Part shown: positions 1 through 7,304 of the stretch, piece by piece | Layout: the number at the start of each line of letters is the position of its first letter | Numbering within the stretch: the stretch's first letter is position 1 | Source: Azolla caroliniana | Lineage: Eukaryota > Plantae > Polypodiophyta | Reading direction: 5' to 3' | DNA: 8,898 nucleotides | Assembly (NCBI GenBank): GCA_043228905.1 | Contig: JBHGNT010001406.1 | Location: forward strand, 1-8,898 | Position numbers and translations under genes: made by a program | The notes under the pieces: generated by a model | Seen by the model: only the letters and a program-made list of their open reading frames with translations | What the model was told of the DNA's origin: nothing | Database searches by the model: none

Positions 1-26
1 ATGAGAAATATTGGTTTCTATCTCAT

Positions 27-53
27 CCCCCCCCCCCCCCCCCTTCTCCCCCC
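27..53. repeat. Poly-C tract (C17 at 27-43, then TTCT and C6); G-rich on the minus strand
   Basis: Read directly from the sequence. Confidence 0.9.
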
Positions 54-1940
54 AATCCTCTAGCTGAACGGGACAAGATGGTGAACAAAAGGTACACCAC
101 TTGGAGGAAACTTTTACTTGGAGGGATGAAGGGACAATGTGGTGGGGACATTTTTTTGTCAGTTAGGTTGTGTCTGTAAGCTTCACCTAATCGGCGTGGT
201 GAACCACCACTGTTGTTTCGCTTGTTCGTGTTGAAGTTCATATCAACCCCCACCTTGAAATATATAGAGCATTAGCGCATAACCCTACCTAGGATTCACA
301 GACATTTCAAATAGAGTCATATTATTACAAACTAAGAAATAGGTCTATCGGAGCAGAGGCTCGTTAACTATTACGTACTTCCATTAGTAAAAGAAAATAA
401 TTCCATGACTAAAGTCTAAGCATTGGATTTCCTTTGTATCTTATGAATCTTATTTTGAGTTTTGCAACTTGTACTTGTCCATGTCCATCTTAATATGTAC
501 ATACTCAAAAAGTTCAAGATCAAATTGGGATTTGGGATTTCCTCAAATAACCATTATTGTGTCGTTAGTTAGACTACTTGGAAAACCCACTCCACAATCC
601 CTCGCAAAACAATATGCATGCGGGGGCGTTCGATTTATTCGACAAAATAGTTTGTAATGTTGCTACTTATAAATTATTTAATCTCAACTTGCTATTGATG
701 TTTTTTTTATGCCCCATACCTTTTGGTTTTACCAATTTTCTATATTTTTTGCTCCACTCATCCTTGCCATCACCATTCCTATCCTCGCGTCTAGACTTTC
801 CATGCAAAGCTTTTTAATTCCTTAATCAAATGGTCTTTTCCTTTTATATCCGTCAAGAGTCGACTAAGACCCACTACCTTAATGCTAGCCACTAGTTACC
901 TCCCTTTAAGTCCCCTCATATTCAGATGTTACATTTGTCACCTAGCCACCCACCAAGACCCATTAATCCGATGACAACACCCGAAACATTGATGATAAAG
1001 CTGTTTTAACAAGGCTAACAATCAAATTCTGGCTATCCATGATAATTAATAGACTTATTACTTTATGTTCTCGAGTGTAGCACTTCTCTCTATAAATATA
1101 TGTAAAATGCTCAAAATCCTCTCTCTGTCTCCTATAGTTCGAAAGTAGTCTTTGATCTTAAAAATGTGTTGCTTTTTCTATAGATTTATATATGTATATG
1201 TATACATGAATAATTCCACATACATATATGGCTCCATTCAATTATTGTACTCAAAAGCACAACATGTGCTAATTAAAGTATCCAATATTCAGAATGTGTT
1301 AGTTTTATACTTACATTTGGTTAATGTGGTCATGCATAGAGTTCACATGTCCATTTCAATATTCTTAAGTCCTTTACTCTAGAATATTATGATGCATGTA
1401 CAATGGAACATCCAGGTTAAGGGAAGATGCTCTAAGACCTTTGACTATAAGTAAGCTCCATCGTCTTGATTCCCCACTTGGAGAACCATAGCTTACTACC
1501 ACAATTAGATCTTGTAAACCTTATCCATACATACATTGATTTTGAACCCATGTTTAGTATAAGTGATATGACCTATTTAAGTAGAGCACATAGCAATAGG
1601 GTGCCTTCAAATAGCCTTATCATGATTTGGTCTCACGATCAATGTCCAATCTTCTAACCCTTATCTATATATCTTATAATAAACGTGGGTGCATGCACAC
1701 ATGATGATAATCAAGTAATTATTTCCATGTTCCCCACACACATTGATATATACATGTATGTGCCATGAAATGTCGAGAATATAATTCAGAAATTGCACTA
1801 AAGTTCGATAGGAATGTATACAATGAGATGGCATTTTAAGGATTTTTTATAGCTATGTGCACCACTTTCTCTTTCCCACAAGTTCTATGCTCTATATGGA
1901 GACTCTCATTCCAATGTTTTCCTTTCGGTATTTACATTGC

Positions 1941-2445
1941 GAGAGATAAATTTTATTATCATCCTCGTGGGTCATATATGACATGAATATGATCTATGGG
2001 GCCATATGTGTGGAGTTGATTTGTGGCTCTTGATGTTTAATAATTTATCTTCTTAATGTTGTAATCGAGAATGCACATTGGATTTACGAGAGAAATGTAT
2101 AAAGGTATAGTTTTGACTTGAAAATATGATCAAAGCAAAGTGAAAATTGTTGATAGAGCAATGCAAAGTGTGATGATACTTAGGATCACAAACTTGTTCA
2201 GGAAAAGTTATGCATATGTTATTAGTTCCTTTGCTAATGCCCTAATACAATTGTCTCACATGATTAAGTTGTAAGGAAGCTATAGTGTGGATGGCAGACA
2301 CGAGGAATGGCTTTAGCATGTATCAACGAGTGCACTTTGCCCAAATGAACAAGAAGAAGACGATTTTGTAAATTGGTGCAACATGTGCAAATAACCTGAA
2401 ATTCATGAGCCTTAGCATTGCTCCCAAGCAATAACAGAGAAACCT
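1941..2445 (-). mobile_element. Older, highly decayed 3' fragment of an RTE/RTEX-type LINE
   Basis: It is collinear with the copy at 2450-3474. Matching segments: ctcttgatgttt vs ctcttgatgttc; aatgttgtaatcgagaatgcacattg vs aatgttgcaatcgcgagtgcacattg; aacttgttcagg vs aacttgtttagg. Minus-strand peptide remnants IAWEQC*GS, AHVAPIYKIVFF, YMLKPFLVSAIHTIASLQL and ICITFPEQVCDPKYHHTLHCS parallel the younger copy's TWDKCGGS, THVASNYKTIFF, LLSTVRTIASI*L and LCTLCPKQVR*SKYHTLIQCS. It ends in a similar 3' UTR and a short GAGAGA (1941-1946). Boundaries are approximate. Confidence 0.8.
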
Positions 2446-2449
2446 CAAT

Positions 2450-3474
2450 GAGAGAGACACAGAGAGAGAGATTATATTATCGTTTTTGGGGGTCAAATAT
2501 GACCTATAAGACCAAAAATATTACATTTCACGTGATACATGTGAACGTGAGTAACGACTCTTGATGTTCAAGAACTTAACCAATGAATGTTGCAATCGCG
2601 AGTGCACATTGTGGTTGTGATAGAAATCCTTGCAAGGATTGGGCTTGGTCGAAGAGATGTTGAAAGCATGGTTGAATATGATCAAAGGCAGAGCATTGTA
2701 TCAAAGTGTGATACTTAGACTAACGAACTTGTTTAGGGCAAAGTGTGCATAGCCGACCACTCTCATCACTTGCGCCCCCACACCCTGTCTCACATTGCAA
2801 TGCATGTGACCTAAGTCATATGGAAGCAATGGTTCGAACAGTAGATAATAGGTATTGATGTGTATGGTTTCCCCATTTCGTGAAAAATATGGTTTTGTAG
2901 TTAGATGCAACATGTGTAGTATAATGTGTGAAACATGAGCCTCCACATTTGTCCCATGTCAAATACATGGGCGTTGTAAAAAGGCCTCATTTACTGAGGA
3001 ATCTAGTGACACATCATGAAGCAAGTGTCTTGCACCCCATCTACCAAACCATTTTTCTATATCTTGCATCCAAACCGGAACACAAAATGCTTTTATGCGT
3101 CTTTTGGATCTTTTTGCTTGCTTCCAATACAATTCTAGGAAGTCGATGCGAGGGACATTTTTGAACCTTAAGCATGTATTCAACAACCCTTTCCATGGAC
3201 ATGATCTTAATGGGAAGCGATCCCATCTCAAGGAGGAGGAGGGTGTAGGGCATTTGTTTCTTAACTTGTAGAAACTTTGTAAGAAAATGTTTTTGGACAT
3301 TTTCAAACTCTTTCCACATAGATTTAGGGATGCTACCGCCCCATACTTCCACCCCATAGAGAAGAATCGATGTCACCAAAGTGTTGAAAAGATATTTCTT
3401 GAGAACCCAACACTTAATATCTCCAAGATTGCATGCGTTCTCAAATGCATAGTATGCTTGCTTACCCGCCTCCA
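2450..3474 (-). mobile_element. 5'-truncated non-LTR retrotransposon (LINE, RTE/RTEX-like): ORF2 C-terminus, short 3' UTR and (TC)n tail
   Basis: The post-RT motif LFNTLVTSILLYGVEVWG...ENVQKHFL...PYTLLLLEMG is followed by WMQDIEKWFGRW, SHALQCETG and a C-terminal CCHC finger. The terminal stop is at 2528-2530, followed by a ~57-nt 3' UTR and a (TC)-rich tail at 2450-2470. Homology stops abruptly at the (AG)8 run at 3475-3490. The clade is assigned from remembered motifs, not from a search. Confidence 0.88.
2528..3474 (-). pseudogene. Disrupted LINE ORF2 C-terminal region (post-RT domain plus CX2CX9HX4C zinc finger at 2693-2749)
   Basis: It reconstructs across three frames. There is a frameshift near 3072-3074 (GGTTTGG instead of GGTTGG: ...CSG/WMQD...) and another near 2958-2962. 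In-frame stops lie at 2816-2818, 2720-2722 and 2576-2578. ORFs 3041..3529 and 2959..3357 of the track are pieces of it. Confidence 0.85.
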
Positions 3475-3490
3475 AGAGAGAGAGAGAGAG
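3475..3490. repeat. (AG)8 microsatellite at the 5' truncation junction of the LINE
   Basis: Read directly from the sequence. Confidence 0.95.
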
Positions 3491-3798
3491 AATGCGTGTG
3501 TGCATGCTCATGTGGGTTCCAAGTTCCAATATTGGTCTTTGAAACCTAGGTTTGATTCAACCATATTAACCCAAAAGGATATAAACGTTTGCTAGTCACA
3601 TATTTGAGCAAGGACAATCACATTCGTTTAGTATGAAATATAAATCTCTCCATTTTTCTAAAACAATACATTAAGAAAATTCTTTCAACTTAGAAATAAT
3701 ACTTTTTGTTGTGATGTGATGTTTGTATAGAGAGAGCGACGTGTGTAAAAAGGCAAGGACATACAAGCGTACAACATTTCCTAGTTATGTGTGTATTT

Positions 3799-3821
3799 GA
3801 GAGAGAGAGAGAGAGAGAGAG
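3799..3821. repeat. (GA)11 microsatellite
   Basis: Read directly from the sequence. Confidence 0.95.
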
Positions 3822-4807
3822 TAAAAGTGAAAAAACTACTTTCTGCTCGTGCTTTGTTAAAAAGGGTTTGTTGTTTGACAAATTTTGTGTGAAAGCAACC
3901 TTATTATATATTTGATTACCATAGACATTAATCAACACTAGCACTCTTGGGAGTTAGCAAAATGTTGTCTATAAGTGATAATACTAGATTATATTCTATA
4001 AATATGTTGTAGATCAAATGTGAGGGAACGTTGATGTATCAACTTGCATGTAATTTATCCGAACAATTACTAGTCAAGCAATGTGTTTGATTAAGTAGTC
4101 TTTGTTCCTTCATATCTACGCGAGGATCTCTTTGTATTATATGCATATATGTATTTATAGTCTAGCATACAATAGAAATCTATGTGTAGGTTGATTCATG
4201 AGTGTTACATTAAATGCCATCAATGTTAGTTTTGATTATTTACAATGATATTTCAACATTGTTAACTCTCAATGCTTCTACAAATTTTCTTTACAATCTC
4301 CATGTTTATGTGCACTTCCATGCCACAAATGAATTACTTATTTTAAGATGTATAACAAAAGGTACACATACATTGGGAAGTAGTCAAAGGTTATCTCATT
4401 CTGTCCTTTTAAATCAAAACACATCCCAACAAAAACTCTTAAACTTTTAACAAATGCAAAAACGTGGACAACATGGTAGTTCCTCCATGGTACATGCTTT
4501 TCTAAATAAACTTCTTACCAAACTTACAATCACGAGGAAATAAAAGCAAATGGTAGCTTGAGCATCCTCGAGTTCATTAAGGCTTATCCGATATCTTAAT
4601 GTGTACATGTGTCAAATTTAGAATGTGCATATAGATGTGGTACATCATTGTGTAAATATGTTGCACATTGTTGTCAAGTAAGTCTGATCCAAGAAATAAT
4701 GTTGCCAAAAGGTTCAAGTTTGTTTGCAATTAGCCAAGAATGGTTTACTATCAAGATTCAAAAGGTTGTCTGCGGTTGTCTACTAGCTCTACAATGTCCA
4801 ACATGTC

Positions 4808-4810
<3 letters not shown>

Positions 4811-4850
<40 letters not shown>
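4811..4850. repeat. (GT)20 perfect microsatellite
   Basis: Read directly from the sequence. Confidence 0.97.
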
Positions 4851-4853
<3 letters not shown>

Positions 4854-5249
4854 TATCCATATGCTTATCTATTTACATTTAGTTTGTGAGTAAAGGATAA
4901 GAATTAACTTTGCTTAAATAAATGTGCCTTCAATTACATAGATGTCAATATGGGAATAATAAATTAATATTGTAGAATTTGGGGTTCGTCATATTGCACA
5001 TGATCAGGAATGCTATTTCATTGATGATATAATCTTTTTATTTCATTGCAATACAAATGGACAAGGATATGAATTACTAGGATGAAAGTGAAAATATTAG
5101 ATATATGGATGCACATGCATATTGGAAGGTGTACTGACATAAGTGTCCTCTTAGCACCAATTGAATGCAATATTAGTAATGCTAGAGAAGTTGAGAGTCA
5201 TATTTGAAAGAAAGCGTTGTTTCTTTGATTATCATTTAGCAAAGGAGTC

Positions 5250-5663
5250 GTGCACTATTTTTTCCTCGTTGTGCACAATTTGTATTGTTTGATAGAAATA
5301 TCTCCTTATTGGTGGTTTCCACACAAAATTGACATATATCAAGAACTTACCATGAGAACAAATTTCAGCCTTTTATCATATAATCTTGGATTATGTGTAG
5401 TCCTCGAGGTGATGTTACCTCGAGTGCACTTCTTTGGCAAAGTTCTCTTAGGCTAAGTGCACTATTTTTTCCCTGTTGTCCACAATTTGTATTGTTTGAT
5501 AGAAATATCTCCTTATTGGTGCTTTCCACACATAATTGACATATATCAAGAACTTACCATGGGAACAAATTTCAGCCTTTTATCATATAATCTTGGGTTA
5601 TGTGTAGTCCTCGAGGTGATGTTACCTCGAGTGCACTTCTGTGGCAAAGTTCTCTTAGGCTAA
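5250..5663 (+). repeat. Direct tandem duplication, 2 x 207 bp (5250-5456, 5457-5663)
   Basis: Manual alignment gives 8 substitutions and no indels in 207 bp (~96% identity). GTG follows the second copy, as at the start of each unit. Confidence 0.97.
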
Positions 5664-6063
5664 GTGTTATGGTTATGGACAACGAAGTCTTTGGGATGGG
5701 TCTCTACTTTGACCAATTATTGAGCTTATTGTAGTGATAGTAAGGACCAACTTTATTTGGTTATGGGCAAACTAGCTAGCTCAACTCAAGCTATAAATGC
5801 CCATCATGGGGAATGGTTTATCTTGTCTTCAAAGGCTTTAAAAATCTTGTAAGGCAACCAAATGCATAATAAGACATCATGATTGCCAATAGACAATCAT
5901 CTAGAATCTAGATGTATTCTTACCAAATGCACTAAGGGTTGCCATTAGACAACTTCGAATCTCAGCTCACCAACTTGAGATTGAGTTGAGATTGAGAATG
6001 GTTGTATTAATGGAGTCCCTAGGGAAGAAAGGATATGTAGACTATGTCACATAGAGAGTGTCA

Positions 6064-6135
6064 TGATATGGCAAGATTCGAACCCATGACCTTAGGTTAT
6101 ATGGGTCGAGCTCTTGACCATTAGATCATCTATTG
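6064..6135 (-). other. Degenerate tRNA-derived sequence with Pol III A and B boxes (not a functional tRNA gene)
   Basis: The minus strand reads ...TGATCTAATGGTCAAGAGCTCGACCCATATAACCTAAGGTCATGGGTTCGAATCTTGCC.... The A-box-like TGATCTAATGG (6128-6118) and B box GGTTCGAATCT (6084-6074) are 33 nt apart, which is tRNA spacing. AGGTC precedes the T arm as in a short variable loop. The acceptor and anticodon stems do not pair properly. Confidence 0.7.
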
Positions 6136-6189
6136 TAATACGTAGGATATTATTTTCATTTACATTTTATTATAGGAAATTAGTGTATA

Positions 6190-6237
6190 TTCCAGATTTC
6201 TCTGGAACATTCTAGAAGCTTCAGGATTACTCCTGAA
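6190..6237. promoter_or_regulatory. Heat shock element (HSE) array of 10 alternating nGAAn/nTTCn units in 5-bp phase
   Basis: The sequence is TTCcaGATttCTCtgGAAcaTTCtaGAAgcTTCagGATtaCTCctGAA. Six units are perfect, including four consecutive ones at 6205-6222, and four carry a single mismatch. The array ends 5 bp upstream of TATAAAAG. Confidence 0.8.
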
Positions 6238-6242
6238 AACAC

Positions 6243-6250
6243 TATAAAAG
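6243..6250 (+). promoter_or_regulatory. TATA box of the putative gypsy LTR
   Basis: TATAAAAG is a consensus match. It sits directly after the HSE array and 33 nt before the predicted start at 6276. Confidence 0.7.
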
Positions 6251-6355
6251 AGGGCACTAGGCATTATATTGAACCAAATTGGTTCAACGCTAGTCGTAAG
6301 CCTTTTAGCCACCATTGTATATTTTCTTCATATAATACATATCTTTCTTATCGTC

Positions 6356-6420
6356 ACACACACACACACACTCTCGCTCTCTCTCTTTCTCTCCGTCTCA
6401 CTCACTTCTTCCTTCTCTCG
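6356..6420. repeat. (CA)n run followed by a CT-rich low-complexity tract inside the putative LTR
   Basis: Read directly: cacacacacacacacactctcgctctctctctttctctcc... Confidence 0.85.
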
Positions 6421-6500
6421 AAGAAGTTCCACACCTCTCATAGTACTAATCCTTCGTTTAGTACTAATTCCTTCTCTGTCTCAGTACTGTTCCTGATAGT

Positions 6501-6512
6501 TTGAACCAATTT
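6501..6512 (+). other. Putative self-priming primer-binding site (non-tRNA PBS)
   Basis: TTGAACCAATTT lies 2 nt after the inferred LTR end and is the exact reverse complement of AAATTGGTTCAA at 6276-6287. No TGG-type tRNA PBS is present here. Confidence 0.65.
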
Positions 6513-6572
6513 TCCCTACCTTCTGTCTCTCTCATTTCCTACTAATCTTTTATTCCTCTTTTCTTTCATCCC

Positions 6573-6785
6573 ATGGCCACTGTTAGCGCTGAAGAATATC
6601 AATCTGTTTTCTCGGAATTTCAATGCTTGAAGGAGAAGTTCCATGCTTTGGAACAAGAAAACCAACGATTGCTGGGGGATCTTCAGCAAATCTCCTTAGA
6701 AAAGCAGCAAACGCAACAACAGTATGGGGAACTTGCGTTACGCGTGCAACAACTCGAAGCAACCATCGTAGCGATGCAACAACAA
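6573..6785 (+). pseudogene. N-terminus of a gag-like coiled-coil ORF, interrupted by the copia insertion at 6786
   Basis: The ATG is in strong context (ccATGGcc) 60 nt after the putative PBS. The 71 codons are helical and E/Q/L-rich (MATVSAEEYQSVFSEFQCLKEKFHALEQENQRLLGDLQQISLEKQQTQQQYGELALRVQQLEATIVAMQQQ). The final Cys and stop of the track ORF (6786-6791, TGT TGA) come from the first bases of the copia LTR. The gag identity rests on position and composition only. Confidence 0.6.
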
Positions 6786-7232
6786 TGTTGAGAGACAAGC
6801 TCAACATCGGCCGGATCGGCTGAAGAAGCCGAGGACTGGATCGGTTGGGACCGATCGGTTAGGCCGAATGCGTAAACCGGTACGCAAACCGGTGCGTAGG
6901 TAGGGCCGGATCGGTGTGTAAACCGGGAGGCCGTTAGGAAAGATATTCCGTGAGGAATATATTTGGGAGTTAGTGTAGGAGCTCTTAGTAAGCATTGAAG
7001 TACTGTCAGTACTTCGGTCAGTCCTTCTAGGACTTGTATAAAAGTGTTCATTGAACACACATATGTATAGAGAATGGTGAATAGAGTTTTTTGAATATAG
7101 TTCTTGTGTTTTCTCTCTATCACTCTCTCTGTCTCTCTCGCGTATACTGCGTAAGCTCAAGCTCTCCATTAAACCTGAGTTTTCTTCCTTCTGTTCGGTC
7201 TTCATACTTGCTTCCGCACGTTACTCTTTACA
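6786..7232 (+). repeat. 5' LTR of the copia element (447 bp)
   Basis: It begins TGTTGAGAG and ends CTCTTTACA (reverse complement TGTAAAGAG, a 7/9 match). The end abuts the PBS and the start coincides with the truncation of the upstream ORF. The candidate 5-bp TSD is AACAA (6781-6785). Confidence 0.85.
7037..7044 (+). promoter_or_regulatory. TATA box of the copia LTR
   Basis: TATAAAAG lies in mid-LTR, downstream of the repeated U3 motifs and upstream of CT-rich R/U5 sequence. Confidence 0.65.
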
Positions 7233-7244
7233 TGGTATCAGAGC
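7233..7244 (+). other. Primer-binding site complementary to the 3' end of initiator tRNA-Met
   Basis: TGGTATCAGAGC, the canonical plant tRNA-iMet PBS, immediately follows the LTR terminal CA. Confidence 0.95.
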
Positions 7245-7304
7245 GCGAGGGTTGAGAACCTCTCTGCAGCCGACACAGCTTGACGAAGAAGAACAAGAAG
7301 AACG

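Larger units (their letters stand above)
6059..6498 (+). mobile_element. Putative 5' LTR (~440 bp) of a Ty3/gypsy (chromovirus/Tcn1-like?) retrotransposon
   Basis: It starts TGTCATGA (6059) and ends TCCTGATA (6491-6498). Read as TCCTGACA with one C>T change, these form an imperfect TG...CA terminal inverted repeat. Internal order is enhancer, TATA (6243), CA/CT-rich R-U5. It is followed by a PBS-position element, a pyrimidine-rich leader and a gag-like ORF. The partner 3' LTR is not in the window. Alternative starts are 6045 (TGTCAC) and 6134 (TGTAAT). Confidence 0.62.

Noticed and set aside
469-1657. Short ORFs and a minus-strand WFSKWGI peptide near 1470-1490 hinting at another LINE relic
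   Set aside because: I could not reconstruct an extended frame or a second motif. It would need a translated search against TE protein libraries.
3475-3529. N-terminal part of ORF 3041..3529 (MELGTHMSMHTRILSLSL)
   Set aside because: It is flanking DNA and the microsatellite read in frame, not part of the LINE protein.
84-4367. 14-nt match AACAAAAGGTACAC at 84-97 and 4354-4367
   Set aside because: It does not extend convincingly and is plausible by chance in AT-rich DNA.
3690-4893. ORFs 3690..3944, 4214..4450 and 4609..4893
   Set aside because: They are low-complexity or microsatellite-driven translations (LSLSLS, CVCVCV) with no domain signal.
5250-5663. Two near-identical 68-aa ORFs suggesting tandem genes or a CRISPR-like array
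   Set aside because: They have GTG starts in a eukaryotic context, mostly non-synonymous differences and no repeat-spacer structure. This is a simple duplication whose length happens to be a multiple of three.
5940-5975. TTCGAATCTCAGCTCACCA resembling a tRNA T-loop and CCA end
   Set aside because: There is no GG before TTCGA, no A box at the right distance, and the spacing to CCA is too short.
6064-6135. Functional tRNA gene
   Set aside because: The acceptor and anticodon stems do not pair and the T stem is mostly wobble or mismatch. It is kept only as a tRNA-derived relic.
6583-7205. ORFs 6583..6807, 6623..6823, 6683..7123 and 6801..7205
   Set aside because: They span the insertion junction or lie in the LTR antisense. 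Their repetitive peptides simply mirror the LTR motifs.
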